Below, in pieces: positions 1-8,576 of a stretch of 59,790 nucleotides of DNA (its first letter is position 1; every line of letters starts with the position of its first letter). Below the pieces are notes generated by a model that was not told the DNA's origin, searched no databases, and worked only from the letters and a program-made list of their open reading frames with translations. Source of the DNA: Candidatus Caldipriscus sp. (GTDB lineage Bacteria > Hydrothermota > Hydrothermia > LBFQ01). The stretch lies in contig JBMSAP010000018.1 of NCBI GenBank assembly GCA_049414445.1, forward strand, positions 1 to 59,790, given 5' to 3'. Position numbers and translations under genes: made by a program.

Positions 1-909
1 GTTTTAACGAGGAGTGCGATTTTTGTCATAACCTTCATACCCGCATCCATAGCTGGAATATTTGCCTTCCTGAACGATAAGTTTAACTTCCTCAATTGGC
101 TCCTTTTAACTCTCGGGCTTATATTTGCCCACGCTACGAACAACATGTTGAACGATTTCACGGATCACATAAAGAACGTGGATAAGGACAACTACTTTAG
201 GGCTCAATACGGTCCCCACGCCCTCGAGCATGGGCTGATGGACACCAAGGGATTTTTCAAGTACGTGGTCATCACGGGGATCCTAGCCCTTCTTATAGGT
301 ATATACTTTGTGTATTTGAGGGGATTGCCCGCATTAATTCTCCTCATAATAGGCTCCTTCTTCGTCCTCTTTTACACTTATCCGTTAAAGTATATCGGGT
401 TGGGTGAGCCTGCGGTTTTCATAGTTTGGGGACCGCTTATGATATGGGGTGGATACTATGCTATAACAGGTGAATGGAACTGGGACGTTTTCGTTGCAAG
501 CCTTCCTTACGGACTTGGGGCAACCACCGTACTCTTCGGAAAACACATAGACAAGCTTGAGCAGGACAAGCAAAAGGGAATATACACGCTTCCCGTAATC
601 TTGGGAGAAAGGGGCGCTAGGATAACCGCTATCATATTAATGCTCCTACAATACCTTATAACGGTGTATCTTGTATTTACCGGTTTCTTCAGGTGGACGA
701 TGCTTATAGTCCTCCTCGGTCTAAAAAGGTTCTGGACGGTGTTTAAGGTTTATAAAGAAAAGAAACCAAAGGAGAGACCCTCGAACTATCCTCAAGAGGC
801 TTGGCCCCTGTGGTATGTGGCTTTTGCTTTCTGGCATAACCGCACCTTCGGGGCACTTTACCTCCTTGGGCTCATATTCGAGGTAATTTTCAAAATCCTA
901 AAAGTTTGA
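1..909 (+). CDS. UbiA-family aromatic prenyltransferase (MenA/MqnP-like), 5' end cut by window edge
   Basis: The frame of ORF 145..909 stays open back to nt 1. It has Asp-rich motifs NNMLNDFTD and HIDKLEQDKQKG and many hydrophobic helices. Confidence 0.75.
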   Translation, partial: VLTRSAIFVITFIPASIAGIFAFLNDKFNFLNWLLLTLGLIFAHATNNMLNDFTDHIKNVDKDNYFRAQYGPHALEHGLMDTKGFFKYVVITGILALLIGIYFVYLRGLPALILLIIGSFFVLFYTYPLKYIGLGEPAVFIVWGPLMIWGGYYAITGEWNWDVFVASLPYGLGATTVLFGKHIDKLEQDKQKGIYTLPVILGERGARITAIILMLLQYLITVYLVFTGFFRWTMLIVLLGLKRFWTVFKVYKEKKPKERPSNYPQEAWPLWYVAFAFWHNRTFGALYLLGLIFEVIFKILKV

Positions 910-2104
910 GGACCTCACCTACAAGGTAAAAGGAGCCCGTTATAACCACATCCCCCTCGTTAAGGAGGGAAAGGATTTCAGAGGTTGAGGTTAGGATTTT
1001 TGGGGGTTTCCCGAAAATGTAAGAATACTTAAACATATCCTCAACCCACACGGAACGGGGGAAGGGGTACCTGGTAATATAAAGTTCGTAATTCGTCCTT
1101 GAGAGTTCCCAAACGATCTCTTTAAAGTTCTTATCCGAGCTCAGGGCAAGGACCACCTTAAACCTTTTTTCCGGAAAGAGGGCTTTTAAGCTTTCCAAAA
1201 GTTTCTTTATGGCTATTGTATTGTGGGCTCCATCCACGATTATATAGGGATCCTTTGAGATCACCTGTAACCTTCCGGGAATGGATAGGTTGAAAAATTT
1301 CGGTTTTTCTATTCCCAAGAGCTTCAAAGCCTTATAAGCTAAGGCGAGGTTTTCCCCCTGAAATTCCCCAAGTACCGGAGCGGAGAACCTTTCCCCCTCA
1401 ACCTCCACCTCAACACCGTACCTATCAAATCTTACTATTTCCCAATCAACTACGTATAATTGAGCTCCGAACTCCTCCACCCTTCTAAGGATCACATCCA
1501 AAACCCTCCGATTGTTTTTTGTGGTTATTACGGGAATTTTCCCCTTTATTACGGCTGATTTTTCCCTCGTTATATCCTCCAAGGTATTCCCCAAAACATC
1601 CATATGGTCGTAATCTATCCTCGTTATCACAACCACGTCCTGATTTAAAACGTTCGTTGCGTCAAGCCTACCCCCCACCCCCGCCTCAAAGACGTTGAAA
1701 TCAGTCTTTTCGTCCAAAAAGTACAGGATGGCGGATGCGGTTAAAACCTCAAAGAAAGTCTTAAAGCCCCTGTCCTTGACCTTATCCAAAATCATATCAA
1801 CGTATAAGGAAAGCTTCTCTTCGGATATGGGCTTATTGTTCAACCTTATCCTTTCAAGGAGGCTTACAAGATGCGGAGAAGTGTAAAGCCCCACTTTGTA
1901 CCCCTCGTTTATTAAAGCGGTGCTTATAGCAAAAGAGACGGAACCTTTACCCTTTGTCCCAACTATGTGTATTACGTTTTTAATTTTTTGGTGGGGGTTT
2001 CCGATGCTTTCAAGGAGGTTATAAAAACTTTCAAGCCCTTTTGGACCAACACCAATTTTCTCGTAGTTTATTAGGGAGTTTAGCCTTGCGATCGCCCTTC
2101 CCAT
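890..2104 (-). CDS. folC: folylpolyglutamate synthase / dihydrofolate synthase
   Basis: 404 aa with the Mur-ligase P-loop VGTKGKGS. Length and layout are FolC-like. Confidence 0.8.
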   Translation of the reverse strand: MGRAIARLNSLINYEKIGVGPKGLESFYNLLESIGNPHQKIKNVIHIVGTKGKGSVSFAISTALINEGYKVGLYTSPHLVSLLERIRLNNKPISEEKLSLYVDMILDKVKDRGFKTFFEVLTASAILYFLDEKTDFNVFEAGVGGRLDATNVLNQDVVVITRIDYDHMDVLGNTLEDITREKSAVIKGKIPVITTKNNRRVLDVILRRVEEFGAQLYVVDWEIVRFDRYGVEVEVEGERFSAPVLGEFQGENLALAYKALKLLGIEKPKFFNLSIPGRLQVISKDPYIIVDGAHNTIAIKKLLESLKALFPEKRFKVVLALSSDKNFKEIVWELSRTNYELYITRYPFPRSVWVEDMFKYSYIFGKPPKILTSTSEILSLLNEGDVVITGSFYLVGEVLKLLGF

Positions 2105-2556
2105 ATCTTCTTTATTATCGAGGTTGTGGAGTACCCCTCAAGGTAGTTAAATATCTCAACCCTTCCCCCCCTTGAAAGGACGAAGTCAGCCCCCGCGATA
2201 TCCTCTATTCTATAATCCCCACCCTTCACCAGAACGTCCGGGGAAATTTCCCTAATTATCCTCTCGGGTGTATCCTCCGAAAAAGGGACAACGAAATCCA
2301 CCCATCTAATTGAAAGCAAAACAAAAGCCCTATCCTCAAGGGTGTTTATGGGTCTGTTTTTCCCCTTTAACCTCCTAACGGATTCGTCGTCGTTCAACCC
2401 AACAACCAAAACATCCCCAAGGGATCTTGCGAATTTCAATAGTTCCACGTGTCCCCTATGTATTATATCAAAACATCCGTTGGTGAATACTATCTTATAA
2501 CCCACCTTTCTCAAAAACTCCCCCAAAAATTTCGCGTCCCTTATAAATCCCTTCAT
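2080..2556 (-). CDS. rfaE2: D-glycero-beta-D-manno-heptose 1-phosphate adenylyltransferase (RfaE domain II type cytidylyltransferase)
   Basis: 158 aa with FTNGCFDIIHRGHVELL and VKGGDY motifs of the cytidylyltransferase fold. Confidence 0.7.
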   Translation of the reverse strand: MKGFIRDAKFLGEFLRKVGYKIVFTNGCFDIIHRGHVELLKFARSLGDVLVVGLNDDESVRRLKGKNRPINTLEDRAFVLLSIRWVDFVVPFSEDTPERIIREISPDVLVKGGDYRIEDIAGADFVLSRGGRVEIFNYLEGYSTTSIIKKIWEGRSQG

Positions 2557-3140
2557 AATTCAAAGGGTACCCTGTTCGTTAAAGCTTCGTAAAGGGTGTA
2601 AGGGTCAAGGGATGATATATCCTCCCCCCTTGGGACCCCGGAGGGTAGCCTGCTTATCTTTATCCCCTTTATCCCCTCAACCAAAAAGTAAGCGGTAACT
2701 TCCCCCTTTACGTCGTTTGGAAGCCCTATTATTATTTCCGAGATCTTGAAATTCTCCAGAAACTTTTCAAATTTCTCCTTCGGTATTTTTTCCGCCGAAA
2801 TCCCCTCGGAAGGAGAAATGAGATGGTAAATTACGAAGTACCTACCCTTATATTTCCCAGAATCCTCCACCCTAAAAACCTCGAAGGGGGACCTTACAAC
2901 CAAAACTACATTTTCTCTATTTTCATCAGCGCAAACCTCGCATATCTCCCCCTCGCATATCATCCCGCAAAACTTACACAACCCTATCCTATCCAACTCC
3001 CTTAATGAGCTTATAAGGTTCTCCCTCTTTTCCCTGTTAAAAATAAGGTATTGAACCAACCTCTCGGCGGTTATAGGGCCTATTTCTGGAAGGGAGTTCA
3101 GGGCTTCCCTAAGCTTTATGTAGGATTTTGGGGGTTTCAT
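2553..3140 (-). CDS. recR: recombination protein RecR
   Basis: HhH motif (LPEIGPITAERL), C4 zinc finger CKFCGMICEGEICEVC and a Toprim-like core. It sits downstream of ybaB, as is usual. Confidence 0.9.
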   Translation of the reverse strand: MKPPKSYIKLREALNSLPEIGPITAERLVQYLIFNREKRENLISSLRELDRIGLCKFCGMICEGEICEVCADENRENVVLVVRSPFEVFRVEDSGKYKGRYFVIYHLISPSEGISAEKIPKEKFEKFLENFKISEIIIGLPNDVKGEVTAYFLVEGIKGIKISRLPSGVPRGEDISSLDPYTLYEALTNRVPFEL

Positions 3141-3451
3141 AGAAATTTTTCAAGCTCCTTCCTATATTCGGGGGGGAGTTCTGCCAAGAATTCCTTAGTC
3201 TTCTCCCTTTGAAATTCCATAGCCTTTTTTATCGCGGAATTCACCGCATTTACAATGGCGTTCTCAACGGACCTTATATCCTTCAAGGCATCTGGGTTTA
3301 TTTTAACCTCCAAAAGCTCACCCGTACCACTTACCACCACTTTTACGTTCCCGTTGTACGCGCTTTCTTCAAATCTGGCTTTTGAAAGTTCCTTTTGAAA
3401 TTTCTTTGCCTTTTGCTGGAGCTCCCAAAGTTTCTTAAAATCTCCGAACAT
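3137..3451 (-). CDS. ybaB: YbaB/EbfC family nucleoid-associated protein
   Basis: 104 aa with a YbaB-like sequence and the conserved ybaB-recR pairing. Confidence 0.85.
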   Translation of the reverse strand: MFGDFKKLWELQQKAKKFQKELSKARFEESAYNGNVKVVVSGTGELLEVKINPDALKDIRSVENAIVNAVNSAIKKAMEFQREKTKEFLAELPPEYRKELEKFL

Positions 3452-3459
3452 AAGTGGAA

Positions 3460-3465
3460 ATTCTA
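3460..3465 (-). promoter_or_regulatory. -10-like box TAGAAT, 8 nt upstream of ybaB ATG
   Basis: The reverse complement of attcta lies 8 nt from the start. The spacer ttccactt has no SD. Confidence 0.45.
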
Positions 3466-3484
3466 AAGTGAAACCTTACAACTT

Positions 3485-3490
3485 TAAAAT
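3485..3490 (+). promoter_or_regulatory. -10-like box TAAAAT, 9 nt upstream of the tRNA-Arg mature 5' end
   Basis: The sequence reads cttTAAAATataccaaac, then G1 of the tRNA. Confidence 0.45.
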
Positions 3491-3499
3491 ATACCAAAC

Positions 3500-3573
3500 G
3501 CGTCCGTAGCTCAGCCGGATAGAGCGTCGGCCTCCGGAGCCGAAGGTCGCGGGTTCGAATCCCGCCGGACGCG
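3500..3573 (+). tRNA. tRNA-Arg (anticodon CCG)
   Basis: Cloverleaf read by hand: acceptor GCGTCCG/CGGACGC, anticodon loop CTCCGGA, T-arm GCGGG-TTCGAAT-CCCGC, discriminator G. No CCA is encoded. Confidence 0.9.
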
Positions 3574-3576
3574 CTT

Positions 3577-5259
3577 ATGGAAAGGATATGGTATTCGCAT
3601 TATGAAAAGGGCGTCCCAAGAACCTTGGAGTATTCAAAAAAACCGGTTTGGAAGATCTTGGAAGATACCGCAAAAACCTTCCCAAAGAACACCGCAATAT
3701 GGTTTGAGGGTTGGACCTGCACTTATGAGGAACTTTATACCCTTTCGGTAAAATTTGCAAACTTTCTAAGGAGCCTAGGTGTGGAAAAGGGGGATAGGGT
3801 AGCTTTAATGCTTCCAAATCTCCCCCATTACCCAATAGCCTATTACGGTACCCTTATGAACGGCGGAATAGTGGTGCAACTAAATCCCCTATATACCCCG
3901 AGGGAACTTGAGATAATTTTAAACGATTCTGGCGCAAAGTTTCTCATAACCTTGGACATATTCTGGGGAACGGTAGAGCAGGTTATGGAAAGGGTACCCG
4001 TTAAGAAGTTCATAGTGGGAAAGGTGCCGGATTTCCTGCCCTTCATAAAGGGAATCCTATACCCCTTGGTTGCCAAACCAAAACCAAAAGCGGTTCCCTT
4101 TGATGGTGAAAGGATCCTTAGATTCTCGGATTTTAACAAATTCTACGGGAGCTTTGATTTTCCGGAGATAGATGTTGAAAACGATGTGGCGGTCCTACAA
4201 TACACCGGAGGAACCACTGGGATACCTAAGGCAGCCATGCTAACTCATTTTAACCTCGTGGCAAACACATACCAATCCATTTCATGGATGACGAGTTTAG
4301 AACCGGGGAAGGAAGTGACTTTGTGCGTTCTGCCGTTTTTCCACAGTTACGGTATGACCGTAGCTCTAAACTTTTCCGTAAAGGTGGGGGCAAAAATGGT
4401 TCTTATGCCGAAATACCACACCGATGACGCCCTAAAGCTCATCCAAAAGCACAGGGTTACCCTGTTTCCCGGCGTTCCCCAAATATACGCCTTAATTGCG
4501 AACCATCCCAAGGTATCCAGATACGATCTGAGATCCATAAAGGTTTGCATCTCGGGAGCCGCTCCCCTACCCCTAAAGGTGAAGGAGGATTTTGAGAGGA
4601 TAACCGGGGGAAAGCTGGTTGAGGGGTACGGCCTTTCCGAAGCATCACCCGTGACGCACTGCAATCCAATTTATGGTCTAAACAAGCCCGGAAGCATAGG
4701 ACTTCCCTTTCCGGATACGGACGCTAAAATAGTGGATGTGGAAACAGGTGAGAAGGAGTTGCCCGTAGGGGAAATTGGGGAACTTATAATAAAGGGACCC
4801 CAGGTTATGAAAGGGTACTGGAACAGGCCGGACGAGACCGCCCTAACCCTTAGGAACGGATGGCTATATACCGGAGATATAGCATACATGGATAACGACG
4901 GGTACTTTTACATAGTTGATAGGAAAAAGGAGATGATAATAGTGGGTGGGTTCAACGTTTACCCGAGGGAGGTCGAGGAGGTTTTGATGAAACACCCGAA
5001 GGTTAAAGATGCGATAGTGGTGGGTATAGAACACCCGATAAAGGGGGAGATTGTGAAGGCGTTCGTGGCACTCAAAGAGGGAATGAGCGCGAGCGCCGAA
5101 GAAATAATTGATTATTGCAAACAACACCTGGCACCCTACAAGGTGCCCTCCGAGGTTGAGTTTAGGGCGGAGCTTCCTAGGACCGTAGTAGGAAAGGCTT
5201 TAAGGAGGGTTTTGAAGGAGGAGGAGGAAAAAAGGTACAAACCCTATAAGGAAAATTGA
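3577..5259 (+). CDS. fadD: long-chain fatty acid-CoA ligase (AMP-binding family)
   Basis: 560 aa with the AMP-binding signature LQYTGGTTGIPKAAMLTH. The N-terminus MERIWYSHYEKGVP resembles FadD N-termini. Confidence 0.8.
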   Translation: MERIWYSHYEKGVPRTLEYSKKPVWKILEDTAKTFPKNTAIWFEGWTCTYEELYTLSVKFANFLRSLGVEKGDRVALMLPNLPHYPIAYYGTLMNGGIVVQLNPLYTPRELEIILNDSGAKFLITLDIFWGTVEQVMERVPVKKFIVGKVPDFLPFIKGILYPLVAKPKPKAVPFDGERILRFSDFNKFYGSFDFPEIDVENDVAVLQYTGGTTGIPKAAMLTHFNLVANTYQSISWMTSLEPGKEVTLCVLPFFHSYGMTVALNFSVKVGAKMVLMPKYHTDDALKLIQKHRVTLFPGVPQIYALIANHPKVSRYDLRSIKVCISGAAPLPLKVKEDFERITGGKLVEGYGLSEASPVTHCNPIYGLNKPGSIGLPFPDTDAKIVDVETGEKELPVGEIGELIIKGPQVMKGYWNRPDETALTLRNGWLYTGDIAYMDNDGYFYIVDRKKEMIIVGGFNVYPREVEEVLMKHPKVKDAIVVGIEHPIKGEIVKAFVALKEGMSASAEEIIDYCKQHLAPYKVPSEVEFRAELPRTVVGKALRRVLKEEEEKRYKPYKEN

Positions 5260-6011
5260 TCCTCTTCGGTTTTATACCAGTAAGCTTTAGGGATGTTTTG
5301 GATATTCTTTTAGTTTCGGTTTTTGTGTATTTGGTTTTGAGGGTTTTGGGTGGGATAAAGGTGGTGACTGTGATTGTGGGTTTTGGGATAATTTCCGTTG
5401 TGGGGATTCTGGGTAAGGTTCTATATCTTCCCTCGGTGTCGATTTTGGCGTCGGTTATTCAAACCTTCGGAATAGTTCTCCTCATAGTGATATTTCAACC
5501 CGAGTTTAGGAAGCTATTTATGGAGATGGCATCCTTTCCCCTGATAAGGTTCTTCGTTCCCCCCGAGAGGGTACCCGTTGAGGAGATAATATCCGCGGTT
5601 GAGGAGATATTGAGGAGGAGGTTAGGTGCCTTGATAGTGATAGAGAGGAGGGTACCCTTAAACGAGTACGCGGAGGAAACGGGGGTGATTATGGATGCGA
5701 AGCTTTCCTCAGCTCTCTTGATATCAATATTTGAAAAACATTCCCCCTTACACGATGGGGCGGTGATAATAAAGAACGATAGGATAGTGGCATGTTCGGT
5801 TATGCTACCTATGAGCGTAAGGTACAAGGAAATTGGGGCGAGGCACAGGGCGGGGGCGGGAATAACCGAAGTATCCGACGCGATCTCAATAGTAATATCC
5901 GAGGAAAAGGGTACGATAACCTTATTTCAGAAGGGAGAATCTTATTACAACATAACCGTCGGGAAGTTGAGGGATCACTTGACAAGGCTACTAAAGTATG
6001 AAAGAATTTAA
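5256..6011 (+). CDS. cdaA: diadenylate cyclase CdaA
   Basis: Three N-terminal TM helices plus a DAC domain with HDGAVII and RHRAGAG motifs. Confidence 0.85.
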   Translation: MILFGFIPVSFRDVLDILLVSVFVYLVLRVLGGIKVVTVIVGFGIISVVGILGKVLYLPSVSILASVIQTFGIVLLIVIFQPEFRKLFMEMASFPLIRFFVPPERVPVEEIISAVEEILRRRLGALIVIERRVPLNEYAEETGVIMDAKLSSALLISIFEKHSPLHDGAVIIKNDRIVACSVMLPMSVRYKEIGARHRAGAGITEVSDAISIVISEEKGTITLFQKGESYYNITVGKLRDHLTRLLKYERI

Positions 6012-6801
6012 CAGATTGATCCTGGCGCTCCTGATTTCCCTCATAATATGGGCTTATGCCAAGCTTAACGAGGATTACCAATTTGTACATAGGATAAGGG
6101 TTGAATACGAGATTTCCGACAAAAACTTAACTTTACTTGAGGGAACGGATAGCGTAACCTCCTTAGTTTCAGGTAAGGGATTCGCCCTTTTGAAATTCAA
6201 GTTTGAGAACCCATCCCTTTTCTATTTCTTGGATGGCTCAAAGTTGGAGGGCACCCTTGAGGTAAGCCCCTCAAACTTAAAACCCAGCCAAAACGTATCC
6301 TTAAATCCCATACAACCAAAGGTAATTATGTACTCCCTTGATAGGATAACTACGAAGATTTTGCCCGTCTCACCGACGATAAGGGGAAACCCAAAGCTGG
6401 GTTATATTTATCTGGGATGGTCGGTAAGCGAGAACGTGACGGTGGAAGGACCCAGGAGGATCCTTGAGAACCTTGATTCCATCCCAACTTACCCTATAGA
6501 TATAACGGGAAAGACGAGGGATTTTGAGGTTTTGGCGGAGGTATTTACGGAGGGGTTGAATTTGAAGGTGAATCCCAAAAAAGTGAGGGTTTTTATAATG
6601 ATAGATTCCCTTATTACGAGGACGGTTCCCGTTTTTCTTGGGGATACGAGCATAAACGTAAAAATTCAGGGTCCGAGCAGGATATTATCTCCAATAGTAT
6701 CCCTTAGGGGTTCTAGGTTTGGGGATTCCATTTTTGTTGAGGTTCCCGAGAACGTTATAATCTTAGAATCACCTATGAACCTTAAGCATAAGGGGTATTG
6801 A
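5998..6801 (+). CDS. cdaR: YbbR-domain protein (CdaR-like regulator of CdaA)
   Basis: N-terminal TM helix and a beta-rich YbbR-like repeat body. It overlaps cdaA by 14 nt, in the conserved cdaA-cdaR order. Confidence 0.65.
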   Translation: MKEFNRLILALLISLIIWAYAKLNEDYQFVHRIRVEYEISDKNLTLLEGTDSVTSLVSGKGFALLKFKFENPSLFYFLDGSKLEGTLEVSPSNLKPSQNVSLNPIQPKVIMYSLDRITTKILPVSPTIRGNPKLGYIYLGWSVSENVTVEGPRRILENLDSIPTYPIDITGKTRDFEVLAEVFTEGLNLKVNPKKVRVFIMIDSLITRTVPVFLGDTSINVKIQGPSRILSPIVSLRGSRFGDSIFVEVPENVIILESPMNLKHKGY

Positions 6802-7857
6802 TAGGAGGAGGAAGAGTAAGTTGGGTATGGAGGCGGAGAGCCAAGGGTCTATCTTACCCGTTTCCCCTAAAGCCCTTGCGGATTGAAGGGCTCCCCAATA
6901 AAAGAAAGCCAAAAACATGGAGGATCCGAAAGCCAAAGCCCTTCCACCCCCCCTGATCCCCGCAAAAACCGATAGGGGAAGCCCGATAAAGAGGATTATA
7001 AGGTTCATGATAGGGAAAAGGAACCTTACCGCAAGCTCCGTTTCCTCTTCCCAACTTACGAGCTTTGCCTCCTTTAAAAATCTTATCCTTCTAAGGAGTT
7101 CGGGGGTTGTCATAAGGGAATCTCCTAGGGGTTTTAAAAATTCCGAGGGCGTTTCCTTTATTAATGTATCCACCACATAAGGGAGATTAGTTATTACCTC
7201 GTCGTACCCCTTAAACTCCCTCACCTTTACGCCCTCAAGCCTCCAGAAATTTCCATCAAATGTCGCCTTCACCGCCTCTATCCTCCCCTTTATTTCACCC
7301 TTTTCCCCGAACTGAAATATTGTTATGCCTTGCGCGTAATTTTCCTTTGAGTTGATATACCCAAAAAAGTAAAGCCTGTTCCCCTTGCCGAAAAATAGGA
7401 GGTTGTTGGCAAACGTACTTGCCGGTAAGTCTTTCCTTTTTTCTATCTCAAATGCTCTTATTTCCGCCGCCTTTAGCCTCCCTTTCGGTACAAGCTCCCA
7501 ATTAAGGTATATTCCTATCAAAGAATTTACCACACCCAAGAAAATTATGGGTAAAAAGGCCCTGTATATGTCCAAGCCCGAAGCTTTTAGGGCGATTATC
7601 TCCATCCTCCTGTTCATCTCCCCAATCGAGAAGAAACAGGCAAGGAGGGCGGCTATAGGCATAAGGAGGCTGAGGAGGTAAGGGATCTGCCAGAGGTAAT
7701 ATCTAACTATGGATGTTGGATGGGGTTTGTTGTCCGCTATCTTGTCCGTCATCTCAAAGAAATTCACCACCACGTATATCATTATAACCCCAAACACCAA
7801 AACCACAAAAACCTTGAGATACTCCCTGAGGATATAAAAGTCTATTTTTTTAATCAA
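6769..7857 (-). CDS. LptF/LptG family LPS export permease
   Basis: 362 aa with a YjgP/YjgQ-type N-terminus (MIKKIDFYILREYLK), a multi-TM layout and a periplasmic beta-jellyroll insert. Confidence 0.8.
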   Translation of the reverse strand: MIKKIDFYILREYLKVFVVLVFGVIMIYVVVNFFEMTDKIADNKPHPTSIVRYYLWQIPYLLSLLMPIAALLACFFSIGEMNRRMEIIALKASGLDIYRAFLPIIFLGVVNSLIGIYLNWELVPKGRLKAAEIRAFEIEKRKDLPASTFANNLLFFGKGNRLYFFGYINSKENYAQGITIFQFGEKGEIKGRIEAVKATFDGNFWRLEGVKVREFKGYDEVITNLPYVVDTLIKETPSEFLKPLGDSLMTTPELLRRIRFLKEAKLVSWEEETELAVRFLFPIMNLIILFIGLPLSVFAGIRGGGRALAFGSSMFLAFFYWGALQSARALGETGKIDPWLSASIPNLLFLLLSIPLMLKVHR

Positions 7858-8176
7858 CTTCCCTGTCCCTTCTCCTTTCCTTTGAAATTTTCTCCTTTTC
7901 TTTCTTCACCTCTCGCGAAAGTAAATCCTTCATTTCATCCACTGCGGACATCGGATCCTTTCCTTTCACCTCAACCCTTATGGTTTTTCCCTTTATCTTC
8001 AGTATTCCAACCCCTTTATAAACCCCCCTTTCCTCCTCAAGGTGAACATCAAGGTGTTGCACCATATTTGAGAACTTGTCCAAATTCCCCAACCTCTTGC
8101 GAATGTAATCCATTAGAACGTCCGTTGCGGGAAAATTCTTTACGAGAACGTTTATCGGATATCCCTCTTCCCTCAT
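7850..8176 (-). CDS. hpf: ribosome hibernation promoting factor (short HPF/RaiA)
   Basis: 108 aa with an S30AE-family sequence and a basic C-terminal tail. Confidence 0.8.
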   Translation of the reverse strand: MREEGYPINVLVKNFPATDVLMDYIRKRLGNLDKFSNMVQHLDVHLEEERGVYKGVGILKIKGKTIRVEVKGKDPMSAVDEMKDLLSREVKKEKEKISKERRRDREVD

Positions 8177-8183
8177 AACCGCT

Positions 8184-8189
8184 ATTTTA
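8184..8189 (-). promoter_or_regulatory. -10-like box TAAAAT, 7 nt upstream of hpf ATG
   Basis: The minus strand reads ccTTAAAATagcggttATG. Confidence 0.45.
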
Positions 8190-8199
8190 AGGTTGAAGT

Positions 8200-8205
8200 T
8201 ATAAT
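8200..8205 (+). promoter_or_regulatory. -10-like box TATAAT, 8 nt upstream of mscL ATG
   Basis: The sequence reads gtTATAATaccaacctATG, with no SD. Confidence 0.5.
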
Positions 8206-8213
8206 ACCAACCT

Positions 8214-8576
8214 ATGCTGAAGGGACTTAGAGATTTCCTTATGCGTGGAAACGTCGTGGATCTCGCGGTGGCGGTTATAGTGGGTGCCGCATTTAATCAA
8301 GTTGTAAATTCCCTCGTGGCGGACGTTCTAACTCCCATTCTTGGAGCCTTGGGAGGGATCCCCGATTTTTCGGCTTTAAAAATAGGGCCAGTCGCAATAG
8401 GCAGGTTTATAAATGCAGTTTTGAACTTCCTCATAGTTGGGACCGCGATCTACTTTATGGTGGTGGTTCCGATGAACAAGCTAAGCCAGCTTATAAAGGA
8501 GCAGAAAACTACGGAGGAGACGAGGTTATTGAGGGAAATATTGGAGGAGCTAAGGAGGGGGAGAAAATCACCTTAA
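8214..8576 (+). CDS. mscL: large-conductance mechanosensitive channel
   Basis: 120 aa with the canonical N-terminus MLKGLRDFLMRGNVVDLAVAVIVGAAF. Confidence 0.9.
   Translation: MLKGLRDFLMRGNVVDLAVAVIVGAAFNQVVNSLVADVLTPILGALGGIPDFSALKIGPVAIGRFINAVLNFLIVGTAIYFMVVVPMNKLSQLIKEQKTTEETRLLREILEELRRGRKSP

Noticed and set aside
7720-8178. 152-aa proline-rich plus-strand ORF antisense to hpf; similar cases at 23020..23439, 28901..29380 and 29817..30368
   Set aside because: These are P/S/L-rich antisense products of clearly assigned genes, with no start signals.
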